A stretch of 44,831 nucleotides of DNA from a virus. Positions 30,581 to 38,073 of the stretch are shown one piece after another. The notes beneath the pieces were generated by a model. The model ran no database searches. It was not told the DNA's origin and saw nothing but the letters and a program-made list of their open reading frames with translations. Made by a program: the position numbers and the translations under genes. The stretch spans positions 1-44,831 of IMG/VR virus record IMGVR_UViG_3300025302_000002; one strand, written 5' to 3'. The number at the start of each line of letters is the position of its first letter. The first letter of the stretch is position 1.

Positions 30581-30748
30581 TCACTTCTTCTTCGGCTTCA
30601 GAAGCTCATCGATGCGCGCCTTGCGATCGAGCGGCTTCAATGCGATCAGCTCATGCCAGTGCTGCCTGATCGTGTCGGCGATCACGTTCTGGCGCTTCTC
30701 CTCGGGCTCGAAGGCGAGGACGACGGCGAGGGGCTTGTGCTGGATCAT
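30581..30748 (-). CDS. Small hypothetical protein (55 aa), absent from the ORF track
   Basis: Translation begins MIQHKPLAVVLAFEPEEKRQNVIADTIRQHWHELIAL... ATGA overlap with the upstream micro-ORF. Confidence 0.45.
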   Translation of the reverse strand: MIQHKPLAVVLAFEPEEKRQNVIADTIRQHWHELIALKPLDRKARIDELLKPKKK

Positions 30749-30834
30749 CGCAGCACCAGGGTTGCGATTGCGAAAGTGCCAAGGAATGCGATCAGGCAGG
30801 CACAGAACTGATCGATACGGTTTTCGGGTAGCAT
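30745..30834 (-). CDS. Candidate 29-aa TM peptide, absent from the ORF track
   Basis: Translation MLPENRIDQFCACLIAFLGTFAIATLVLR. TGATG overlap with the upstream gene and ATGA overlap with the downstream one. Confidence 0.4.
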   Translation of the reverse strand: MLPENRIDQFCACLIAFLGTFAIATLVLR

Positions 30835-31199
30835 CACGCCTCCTCCAGCCGGAAAGCGTTGGCGAACACGTCGCCCTTGCACATCGCGACGAAAGCCTTC
30901 TGGCTCTCGGTGAGGAGCTTGCCGTCCTGTGCCCAGCGATCGATCACAATGCCCGTGACTTCGTCGGTGGCGTCGCGGGAGGTCTTGGCGACCAGATCGA
31001 ACGCGATGATCTGGCGAAGCTGCTCCACATCTTCCGAGATGTGGGCGATGACCTCGAACCGGCTCATCATCGTGTCTTCGATGTAGGGCTCGCGACCACG
31101 GCGAGTTCCGCGGACCACGATGAACTGCTCGTGGATCGAGTGGGGCTTCGCGAGGGTGAATTCGCGGACGTTCTCTGGCGGAAGTACGTGCTGGTTCAT
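30834..31199 (-). CDS. Hypothetical protein, first gene of the early-left operon (121 aa)
   Basis: ATG 31199 is preceded by GGGGAG. Lies directly downstream of pL/OL. Confidence 0.6.
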   Translation of the reverse strand: MNQHVLPPENVREFTLAKPHSIHEQFIVVRGTRRGREPYIEDTMMSRFEVIAHISEDVEQLRQIIAFDLVAKTSRDATDEVTGIVIDRWAQDGKLLTESQKAFVAMCKGDVFANAFRLEEA

Positions 31200-31225
31200 G
31201 GCTGGCTCCCCGTGCTGATAGGAGA

Positions 31226-31255
31226 ACCATAACCTAGGTTATCGATAACCGTCAA
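31226..31255 (-). promoter_or_regulatory. pL-like promoter with overlapping operators (OL)
   Basis: Leftward TTGACG (31255-31250), N18, TATGGT (31231-31226). The spacer holds the perfect palindromes ATAACCTAGGTTAT (31229-31242) and GGTTATCGATAACC (31237-31250). Extra GTTATCG half-sites at 31264 and 31307. Confidence 0.6.
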
Positions 31256-31307
31256 TAAGAAAAGTTATCGAAAGGCGCAAAAAAGATTGTGCAGCGCAAA
31301 ACTGTCG

Positions 31308-31961
31308 TTATCGCCTAGTGAATTTTCCTGTGACGCGATGGGCGACCGTCCACTCTCGCCGGGGGAGAGTGAAGTCCTTGGCCTTGCCATCGGGCGGGTT
31401 ATGCTGAGTCACAAGCCAATGGTCGGCCGTGGCTCGGCGCAGTTTCTTGATCGTCGCTCGAGCTTCGCCATGCCGTTCGGCATAGAAGATGTAGACCTCT
31501 CCCGAAATGAGAGGCATGGATGGCTCCACGATCGCCATTTCGCCGGCATTGTATTCGGGTTCCATGGAGGACCCGGTGATCAGCAGGCCGTAGGCATCGC
31601 GGACATGGAGGAGGTGGGTCGGCCTCGGCACGAAATCCACAGGCTCGGCCGATCGAATGATCTCGCCAGGTCCGCCCTCAGCGGAGGCGAATATCCTGAA
31701 ATCCGGTCGGCCGGCCGTTTGGAGCGGCGGCGGGATTGGATCTTCCACTAACTGGCTATTGAGAGAGGCGTCCAAGTTGGCAAGATCGAGCTCCAGGACT
31801 TGGGCGATCTTCGGCAGGAACTTGGTCTGGCGGGTTGCGCCGGCCTCTATTTTCTTCACGGCCGGCTGAGAAATGCCCACGCGGTCGCCGAGCTGCTTCT
31901 GAGACCAGCCCTTCTTCTCGCGCGCTTCTTTAATGATTTCGCCGGGTTGCATGCCCAGCAT
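31308..31961 (-). CDS. cI: CI-type repressor: XRE HTH plus S24 (LexA-like) autopeptidase domain (217 aa from ATG 31961; ATG 31952 also possible)
   Basis: HTH GWSQKQLGDRVGISQPAVKKIE, catalytic GSSMEP Ser and a downstream IKKL Lys. The ORF-track start 31997 would cover the operator half-sites. Confidence 0.85.
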   Translation of the reverse strand: MLGMQPGEIIKEAREKKGWSQKQLGDRVGISQPAVKKIEAGATRQTKFLPKIAQVLELDLANLDASLNSQLVEDPIPPPLQTAGRPDFRIFASAEGGPGEIIRSAEPVDFVPRPTHLLHVRDAYGLLITGSSMEPEYNAGEMAIVEPSMPLISGEVYIFYAERHGEARATIKKLRRATADHWLVTQHNPPDGKAKDFTLPRREWTVAHRVTGKFTRR

Positions 31962-31973
31962 AATAATAACATC

Positions 31974-32031
31974 GGTTATCGGCTGTCTCGATAACATTGG
32001 TTCTTGACTTCCCCATAACTCAGGTTATGCT
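31974..32031. promoter_or_regulatory. OR/PR region between cI and cro
   Basis: GTTATCG-N7-CGATAAC (31975-31995). Rightward TTGACT (32004-32009), N16, TATGCT (32026-32031), overlapped by ATAACTCAGGTTAT (32015-32028). The half-sites are the same as at OL. Confidence 0.6.
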
Positions 32032-32038
32032 GCTGGTT

Positions 32039-32299
32039 ATGGGAAACCACAGTCTCATTGAGCGCGCGATTGAGCTTGCCGGCGGTTCAGAGGCAAAACT
32101 TGCCAACGAAACCGGCCTCAGTCAGCCGCTGATCAACAAGGCGCGGAGGTCAGGGCGTGCAGGCCCGAAACTCGCCTTGGCGATCCACGCTTTCACAAAG
32201 GGCGACATCCCAGCGTCAGCCCTTCGCCCTGATCTATGGGCGCCTCCCTCCGACACCGGCGAAACTGTGCCGGCGCCGAATGTCGCTGGAGCTGATTGA
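32039..32299 (+). CDS. cro: Cro-like HTH regulator (86 aa)
   Basis: ATG 32039 lies about 7 nt after the -10. The pattern IERAIELAGGSEAKLANETGLSQPLINKARR...LRPDLW is Cro/YdaS-like. Confidence 0.6.
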   Translation: MGNHSLIERAIELAGGSEAKLANETGLSQPLINKARRSGRAGPKLALAIHAFTKGDIPASALRPDLWAPPSDTGETVPAPNVAGAD

Positions 32300-32301
32300 T
32301 G

Positions 32302-32565
32302 TCAGCTCATCATGCGATGGAGCGGAGAGGACTTGACCAGCGACACCACATCGGGGTCGGCGGCGCGCATGCAACTCTCGATGCAGCGACCGACATAGAC
32401 AGCCGGCATGGCGAGGTTGACGACAGGCGTGAGATCGGAAGGCGCGGGATGTTGCAATCCGGTTCTGTTTCTTATGCCCTTGAACGTGAGTATACCGTTC
32501 GAGAACTCGTAATCTTCGAACCAATCGACAAAGTACTCCGGTACGGCAGCCCGCAGCATCCTCAT
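32302..32565 (-). CDS. Hypothetical protein (87 aa), reverse-oriented behind cro
   Basis: ATG 32565. Third-position GC is clearly higher than in the overlapping + frame. Sequence begins MRMLRAAVPEYFVDWFEDYEFSNGILTFKG... Confidence 0.45.
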   Translation of the reverse strand: MRMLRAAVPEYFVDWFEDYEFSNGILTFKGIRNRTGLQHPAPSDLTPVVNLAMPAVYVGRCIESCMRAADPDVVSLVKSSPLHRMMS

Positions 32566-32805
32566 TACAATTTCCCCGCCCTGGTTGTTGGCGCGAAATG
32601 CGCGCGAGGATATGCAACCACAACGGTTCCTGTGTTTGCAAGTGAACTTCCGTCGCAACGCTGGGAAAAAACGGAAAGCAGTATTCGCGCGGGGGTTCCT
32701 GTATCGGAACGAAACATCGGCCATTCATACTTTGCAACCGTCGATGGTGCGGCATGACGCGCATCATCCCCATAGGTGCAGACAATTTGAGCGGCCGGAC
32801 TGCAC

Positions 32806-32910
32806 TTAGCGATCCTCTCGCCATAAGCCGCGGTTCAGCCAGCGCCAGAACAGCATCGATCCAACGATCGCAGCCATCAGAACAGCAAGGGCGCCAAGAG
32901 CCCACCACAT
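32806..32910 (-). CDS. Candidate 34-aa single-TM peptide, absent from the ORF track
   Basis: Strong SD AGGAGA lies 5 nt upstream of the ATG (CAT 32908-32910). Translation MWWALGALAVLMAAIVGSMLFWRWLNRGLWREDR. Confidence 0.45.
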   Translation of the reverse strand: MWWALGALAVLMAAIVGSMLFWRWLNRGLWREDR

Positions 32911-33071
32911 CTATTTCTCCTGTTGAGATGAGCAGCCGGCCCGCGCTCGGGGGCGGGGGCAACCTGGACACGCAGGCCGGCTCTCTTGGCGTCGTCACTC
33001 AATACAATTCGGACGCCGAAACCTCTTCTTCGCCGGCCATCTCCTCCCTTGGCCTGGCAAACTTGGCGCCC

Positions 33072-33308
33072 TTAGCGGCGTCCTTTTATCGCCGTGCGAT
33101 AGAGCTGCTCAAAGCGCTCAATGTCGCGCAAGCGCTGCGCGACATACTGCTCGCGCTCGGCGTCCTTCTTCTGCTTCTCGTCGTCCTCGGAGCGATTCCT
33201 CTCGCCCTCGGGATGATGCTCTTCGTCTATTTTCAGTAGCAGCCGACCTGCCGCCAAGCTTAGCGGCTGCCACGTGTCGTTGTCTTGTTCGAGTGCCTCT
33301 TTCCTCAT
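33072..33308 (-). CDS. Hypothetical highly charged protein (78 aa)
   Basis: ORF-track ORF. No SD. An antisense + frame is also open, so the strand call is uncertain. Confidence 0.35.
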   Translation of the reverse strand: MRKEALEQDNDTWQPLSLAAGRLLLKIDEEHHPEGERNRSEDDEKQKKDAEREQYVAQRLRDIERFEQLYRTAIKGRR

Positions 33309-33317
33309 GTTCCGAAC

Positions 33318-33740
33318 ATGCAGGAAAGGATTGCGAGAGTGCTGTCAAAGTTTGCGAGGAAAAACGCAATGAGTGCCGCCGCGTTAACAACCATCACCCG
33401 CAGCGCCTTGGGCGCGCTGGTCGAGCACGAGCAGCGCCGCTCGGGCTCTCGCATGGTGGCTTACGGCGCAGTCGGGAAAGCCATTGGCGCATCCGGATCA
33501 TGGGTGCGCGCGTTCCTCGCGAAGTCGGAAGGGGTCAAAGAACCCCGCATAACATTGTTCCAGAATATCAGGGCCAGTTACGAAAATCTTTGTAACCGCG
33601 TCGAGCAGGAAAACCGTGCTGATGAGTTGAGACTGAAACTCATCAAAGGAGAGATTGATGCGGTTACTAAAGGCTTTGATGTCCAAAGCCTCCGTGAAGG
33701 CGAGGCTATTGGTGGCCCGTTTTTGGGCTGCGATCCGTAG
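33318..33740 (+). CDS. Hypothetical protein (140 aa), first clear gene of the early-right operon after cro
   Basis: ATG 33318. Helical, basic N-terminus. Family not recognised. Confidence 0.55.
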   Translation: MQERIARVLSKFARKNAMSAAALTTITRSALGALVEHEQRRSGSRMVAYGAVGKAIGASGSWVRAFLAKSEGVKEPRITLFQNIRASYENLCNRVEQENRADELRLKLIKGEIDAVTKGFDVQSLREGEAIGGPFLGCDP

Positions 33741-33798
33741 GAAGTGAAGTAGCCGGCCTGCATCACAGGCGCCGGGCACAGGAAGGAAGGGCAGGGGA

Positions 33799-34158
33799 AT
33801 GTATTGGACGCCGGAAGAAGACGCGCTTCTGCTTAAGTTGCGGAAGCAGAAGACACCCTACGCCAAGATTTCAGAGATCATGGGCCGGACGATCAAGGCG
33901 CTCGACACGCGCCACCGCGTCATCTCCATGACTGAGGCAATGAGGCGTGAACGGATGGATAGGCGCAACCTCCTTAAAAAGGAGGGGCGTTGGGGGTTCC
34001 GTAATGACACGAGCGACCCGAGGCGGGTGCCCGATCATGTCGTTGTCGACCGGGATGCGCGGCTGAGTGCCCCGCGCACGCTAACTGCGTCATTCTTCAA
34101 TGACCCTCCTCCAGGCTATTCGGCCCTTGACCGCAAGCGTCAGGAGCAACGGGCATGA
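33799..34158 (+). CDS. Myb/SANT-like HTH protein (119 aa)
   Basis: WTPEEDALLLKLRKQKTPYAKISEIMGRTIKALDTRHR fits a Myb-type repeat. AGGGGA lies upstream of the ATG. Confidence 0.5.
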   Translation: MYWTPEEDALLLKLRKQKTPYAKISEIMGRTIKALDTRHRVISMTEAMRRERMDRRNLLKKEGRWGFRNDTSDPRRVPDHVVVDRDARLSAPRTLTASFFNDPPPGYSALDRKRQEQRA

Positions 34159-34619
34159 TGGCTTGGACAGACGAGCAGAGACAGGAAGTCGTGTCGCTCT
34201 GGCAGACAAAATCTGCCTCGGAGATCGCCAACTTGTTCCGAGAGCGGGGCTTCAATGTCACCCGCAATTCCATCATCGGCATCGCCAACCGCGCCGGCTG
34301 CTCCAAGCCCAAGCCCGAGAAGAAGCCGCGCGCTCCCCGGGCCCGCAAGCCTCGTGCTGTCCAGTTGAAGGTCGTCGCCCGGGCTCCGTTCAAGCCTGCA
34401 ACGATCAATGTTCCGACGATGGATAAGACCTTGGAGGAGTTGGGCCGGGGTGATTGCCGCTACATCACGGGCGAGCCGTCCAACGCGCGCTACTGTGGTC
34501 ATCCGGTTCATGAGCGGTCGTTCTGCCTTGGTCACTTCCGGCTTTGCTACACCACGACGGAGGCGCGCAAGCCCAACCCCGCGGCGTTTTCGTCAGGCTT
34601 CCGTGCGAGGGCAGCATGA
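34155..34619 (+). CDS. gcrA: GcrA-family cell-cycle regulator homologue (154 aa)
   Basis: The N-terminus AWTDEQRQEVVSLWQTKSASEIANLF...SIIGIANRAG and the C-terminus CRYITGEP...YCGHPV...FCLGHFRLCY match the GcrA layout. Confidence 0.75.
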   Translation: MMAWTDEQRQEVVSLWQTKSASEIANLFRERGFNVTRNSIIGIANRAGCSKPKPEKKPRAPRARKPRAVQLKVVARAPFKPATINVPTMDKTLEELGRGDCRYITGEPSNARYCGHPVHERSFCLGHFRLCYTTTEARKPNPAAFSSGFRARAA

Positions 34620-34795
34620 CCCCGCTTCATGTCCTGATCAGGCGGATGCAGCGGCTTCCTGTGAAGCATCGCGTCGCCCATATAAAATCGCTGCTATCTG
34701 TCGAGAAGCCATATTCGCAACGTCGCACCGAACTGGAGGATTTGCTCCAAGTCGAGGTGCTGAAGCAGTTACGCCGGGAGATTCGGGCCGCATGA
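34616..34795 (+). CDS. Small hypothetical protein (59 aa)
   Basis: ATGA overlaps on both sides. Confidence 0.45.
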   Translation: MTPLHVLIRRMQRLPVKHRVAHIKSLLSVEKPYSQRRTELEDLLQVEVLKQLRREIRAA

Positions 34796-35163
34796 ACGTG
34801 GTTCTCACACTCCCGTTTCCCGTCAGCGTGAATGCGATGTTCTCTGACGGTAAGACGCGCCGGCACAAATCGCAGCGGTACTGCGACTGGAAGCTGGAAG
34901 CATCCTATGTGCTCAAGATGCAGCGACCGCCGGCCATCAAGGGGCCGGTCAAGATCACCTATGAATTCCAGGAGGGGCGCGACAACCGCCGCCGCGACGC
35001 CTTCAACTTCGAAAAGGGCGTCACCGATTTACTCGTGGAATTCGGCGTCATCGAAGCCGATCACGACCTGATTCTCCGAGAAGGTAGAGTATTGTGGAAT
35101 CGCGACGCGCAGGGCGTTCGCATCACAATTGAACCTATTGGAGATATCAATGGCTTTAAGTGA
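34792..35163 (+). CDS. rusA: RusA-family Holliday junction resolvase (123 aa)
   Basis: LTLPFPVSVNAMF... and RRRDAFNFEKGVTDLLVEFGVIEADHD correspond to the conserved RusA Asp cluster. Confidence 0.8.
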   Translation: MNVVLTLPFPVSVNAMFSDGKTRRHKSQRYCDWKLEASYVLKMQRPPAIKGPVKITYEFQEGRDNRRRDAFNFEKGVTDLLVEFGVIEADHDLILREGRVLWNRDAQGVRITIEPIGDINGFK

Positions 35164-35470
35164 CAGTGAAATCGCGATCATCAAGGGCATGCTGGCACGC
35201 GGCGATCGGCAGTCCGATATTGCCGCTTACTTTGGCGGCTCGAATGGTGGCCGCGTCTCTGAGATCAACACGGGCAACTCTGCACTGGGGCGCCGAGCAT
35301 CCACCATTGCCGCGGCATCAGCCGCCGAATTGCCTCCTCCGGGGCCGTATTTCGTATCGGGACGCGCCGCGATCCGCGCCAAGGAAACGCTCTCGGCTCT
35401 GCGCGACCTGATCGATCAAACTCTGGAAGAGATCAACAATTGGGAAGCTAGTTCAAAGGACGGGGGATGA
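35150..35470 (+). CDS. Hypothetical HTH-like protein (106 aa)
   Basis: ATG 35150 follows GGAG. Contains IAIIKGMLARGDRQSDIAAYFG. Confidence 0.5.
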   Translation: MALSDSEIAIIKGMLARGDRQSDIAAYFGGSNGGRVSEINTGNSALGRRASTIAAASAAELPPPGPYFVSGRAAIRAKETLSALRDLIDQTLEEINNWEASSKDGG

Positions 35471-36480
35471 CGCAACTTATTCGATACGAGACGGCTCGCT
35501 CTGCGCTTGCGGAAGCGCGTAGCGTTGATGAGGTGAAGGACATCCGCGACAAATCCGAGGCTATGCGGGCTTATGCTCGCATGGCCAAGGATACTCAGCT
35601 CGAGGTCGATGCAACTGAGCTTCGTTTGCGGGCCGAGCGCCGACTAGGGATCATGCTCACCGAGGCGAAGCGGGCGGGACAAATTGCAGAGGGGCGCCCA
35701 AGAAACTGTTCCGATGAAGAACAGTTTCCGCGCGTCAAGCTGGAGGAGGCCGGTATCGATCGCAAGCTCTCGTCCAGGGCGCAGCGCATCGGTGGTATCG
35801 GCGAGCAAGCATTCGAAGCAATGGTTGACAGCGTGCGAGACCGCATCGCGAAGGGCGATCGTGTGGCACTCGACGTGGCCGCTACCGACAAGAAGGAGCG
35901 CCGCGCAGAGCGTGAACGCGATCTGGCCGCTAGGCAGTCAGCATTGCCGGACAAGCGCTATGGCGTGATCTATGCCGATCCTGAGTGGCGTTTCGAGGTC
36001 TACAGCCGCGACACCGGCATGGACCGCGCCGCCGACAATCATTACCCGACGAGCTCGACAGAGGATATCTGCAACCGCCCGGTAGCTGACATCGCGGCCG
36101 ACGATTGCGTGCTGTTCCTCTGGGCGACCGTGCCCATGCTGCCGGATGCTCTGCGCGTCATGGACGCTTGGGATTTCCAGTACAAGTCGCACTGTGTCTG
36201 GGCCAAGGACCGCATCGGGACCGGCTATTGGTTCAGGAATCAGCATGAGATCCTGCTTGTGGGGACGCGCGGCAATGTGCCGGCGCCAGCCATGGGAACG
36301 CAGGTCGAAAGCTTGGTGGATGCACCAGTTGCGCGCCACTCCGAGAAGCCTGAGACGTTCTATCAACTGATCGAGCGATACTTCCCGAACCTTCCAAAGA
36401 TTGAGTTGAATGCGCGCGCTGCGCGTCCTGGCTGGGACGCTTGGGGTTACGAGGCCCCGACCAGCACGGAGGCCGCTTGA
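35467..36480 (+). CDS. MT-A70-family N6-adenine DNA methyltransferase with an N-terminal helical domain (337 aa)
   Basis: YGVIYADPEWRF (DPPW-type motif), LFLWAT, WFRNQHEILLVGTRG and HSEKP. Confidence 0.85.
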   Translation: MTQLIRYETARSALAEARSVDEVKDIRDKSEAMRAYARMAKDTQLEVDATELRLRAERRLGIMLTEAKRAGQIAEGRPRNCSDEEQFPRVKLEEAGIDRKLSSRAQRIGGIGEQAFEAMVDSVRDRIAKGDRVALDVAATDKKERRAERERDLAARQSALPDKRYGVIYADPEWRFEVYSRDTGMDRAADNHYPTSSTEDICNRPVADIAADDCVLFLWATVPMLPDALRVMDAWDFQYKSHCVWAKDRIGTGYWFRNQHEILLVGTRGNVPAPAMGTQVESLVDAPVARHSEKPETFYQLIERYFPNLPKIELNARAARPGWDAWGYEAPTSTEAA

Positions 36481-37265
36481 CCATTCTAAGCGACTACGTG
36501 GCCCGCATGGTTGCTGCCGGGATGGACCCGAGCGAGGCCATGCAAATCGTTGCCGAGGTGTTCGCCGCGGGCGCTGCCAATGTGCCTGCTCGTTCCGCTA
36601 ATGCAGTCCGTCAACAGCGCTATCGGGACAACAAGAAGCGTAACGAAACCGTAACGAACCGTAACGCCGTTACGCCTGATGTTGAGGATTCTGGCCGTAA
36701 CGAAACCGTAACGAACCGTAACGAAACCGTAACGCGTTACGGCGCCTCTCTCTCTAATACTAAAACAGATATAGAATCTAAGAAAGATAAGAGGGGCACT
36801 CGGCTATCGCCGGACTGGCGTCCATCGGATGCCGACCGGGGCTACGCCCGATCGCTTGGCTGGTCGGACAGCCAGGTTGACGCCGAGGCCGAAAACTTCC
36901 GCGACTACTGGGTTGCGAAGGCCGGCAAGGACGCCGCCAAGGCCGACTGGCCCCGCACATGGGCGCGCTGGATTCGCAACAGCAAGACGAAGCCGGGCGC
37001 CCCCGCCAAGCCCCTTACGGCCCACCAACAGGAACGCGAAACAGGAAGGGAAATCCTCAATGCACTCCGCGATGCAAGCGGCCGAACGAATTCTGGGCTT
37101 CAGCGACACGATCCCGGCGATGGATCAGCAGGCCTTCGTGGCGGGGTTCGTGGAGCTCTTATCAATCTATCCGCAGCCCGTGATCGAGCGGGCCATGAGC
37201 CCATCGAGAGGCCTTCCGGCGATGGTCAGCTACCCCAATTTGGCAAGGTATCGGGAGCATCTTGA
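36477..37265 (+). CDS. Putative replication initiator carrying the origin iterons (262 aa from TTG 36477; start and true C-terminus uncertain)
   Basis: LSPDWRPSDADRGYARSLGW...ENFRDYWVAKAG...DWPRTWARWIRN is a pattern seen in prophage replication proteins. Iterons lie within the gene, as in lambda O. Confidence 0.55.
   Translation: MTILSDYVARMVAAGMDPSEAMQIVAEVFAAGAANVPARSANAVRQQRYRDNKKRNETVTNRNAVTPDVEDSGRNETVTNRNETVTRYGASLSNTKTDIESKKDKRGTRLSPDWRPSDADRGYARSLGWSDSQVDAEAENFRDYWVAKAGKDAAKADWPRTWARWIRNSKTKPGAPAKPLTAHQQERETGREILNALRDASGRTNSGLQRHDPGDGSAGLRGGVRGALINLSAARDRAGHEPIERPSGDGQLPQFGKVSGAS
36639..36792. repeat. Putative origin of replication: iteron clusters plus an AT-rich element
   Basis: CGTAACG occurs 7 times in direct orientation at 10-11-nt phasing (36639-36666 and 36696-36734). 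Each cluster is closed by an inverted CGTTACG (36668-36674, 36735-36741). An AT-rich stretch follows at 36747-36792. Confidence 0.7.
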
Positions 37266-37431
37266 GGGCTGGACGCGCGAATACTGGATCGATCGGGAGC
37301 GCGAGGAGCGGCTGAACCGGAAGCAATTGCCGGAGCCAGAGGTGGACCCGGCGATGCAGGAGCGGATTGCGAGTGGCATGCGTGAGTTAGCAGAACAATT
37401 GAAGCGCGGCTTTGGGCCGTCAACCGTCTGA
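37060..37431 (+). CDS. Hypothetical replication-module protein (123 aa)
   Basis: ATG 37060 follows GGAAGGGA. High third-position GC from here on. Overlaps the open upstream frame by 206 nt. Confidence 0.55.
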   Translation: MHSAMQAAERILGFSDTIPAMDQQAFVAGFVELLSIYPQPVIERAMSPSRGLPAMVSYPNLARYREHLEGWTREYWIDREREERLNRKQLPEPEVDPAMQERIASGMRELAEQLKRGFGPSTV

Positions 37432-37449
37432 GCGACTACCGGGGGCATC

Positions 37450-38001
37450 ATGGCACGACCGAAGAGAAAACCTTACGATCCGGGCAAGGTCTATGACCGG
37501 CGGGCCTCGGAATCTAACCGGGGGTTACAACCCCATCTCGACCCTATCGAGGTCGAAGATCCGATGGAGCAGGGATCAAAGCTGATCGTGATGCGCTCCA
37601 CGCGAGATGATCCCTTGGCTGGGCTCCATGCCCGCAAGCGGATTGACGAGGCGCAGTATCACGCCGGGCGGGCCTTTCAGAAGGATTTTGAGAACGCAGA
37701 GCGGGGGCCAAGGGCAATCGACCCGGGCAAGGAGGCCGTTGACGGCGGCGTTACACCGGAGCCGATCACGGAGGCTCAACAGGCGTCCGCCAAACGGCTG
37801 GGGGAAATCTATCGGCTGCTCGGCCAGAACGGCTCAGCGCTCGCGCATTCGATCTTAGTGCATGGCTATTCGATTGAGGCGACGGCGCTGATGCGTATGA
37901 TGGTGACGGAGCGGGAGATCAGGTTTCTGGGCCAGCGGTTCAAGGAGTGCCTGGATGATCTGGCGGTTTTCTACGGTCTGGCGACCCACAGCCCCGGGTA
38001 A
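37450..38001 (+). CDS. Hypothetical regulator at the lambda Q position (183 aa)
   Basis: Last early-right gene, directly upstream of a promoter-plus-terminator unit and the late genes. The sequence recalls a DUF6456-type family. Function inferred from position only. Confidence 0.4.
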   Translation: MARPKRKPYDPGKVYDRRASESNRGLQPHLDPIEVEDPMEQGSKLIVMRSTRDDPLAGLHARKRIDEAQYHAGRAFQKDFENAERGPRAIDPGKEAVDGGVTPEPITEAQQASAKRLGEIYRLLGQNGSALAHSILVHGYSIEATALMRMMVTEREIRFLGQRFKECLDDLAVFYGLATHSPG

Positions 38002-38021
38002 ACAGGTCTGTGTAATTGTGC

Positions 38022-38049
38022 TTGACCTGTCCGTTCGAACGGGTACATT
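38022..38049 (+). promoter_or_regulatory. Candidate late promoter with an embedded 12-nt palindrome
   Basis: TTGACC (38022-38027), N16, TACATT (38044-38049). The perfect palindrome CCGTTCGAACGG (38031-38042) lies in the spacer. Confidence 0.45.
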
Positions 38050-38073
38050 CGCCAGCATACAAGATTAGTGATT

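Noticed and set aside
31962-31997. ATG 31997 as the cI start (229-aa version).
   Set aside because: The extra 12 codons consist of the GTTATCG/CGATAAC operator half-sites and an AT-rich -10-like element. Internal ATGs at 31961 and 31952 directly precede the HTH domain.
32296-33239. + strand ORFs 32296-32757 (153 aa) and 32754-33239 (161 aa) as cII-position genes.
   Set aside because: Third-position GC is near 50 percent over most of their length, the composition is His/Arg/Gly/Ser-rich, and there is no SD. - strand alternatives score better locally. The C-terminal hydrophobic tail of the second ORF remains a formal alternative to the 78-aa - strand ORF.
36639-36741. Repeat cluster considered as a CRISPR array or minisatellite.
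   Set aside because: The units are 10-11 nt with no spacers. They are phased with the helical repeat, flanked by an AT-rich element and lie inside a replication gene. This is iteron-origin architecture.
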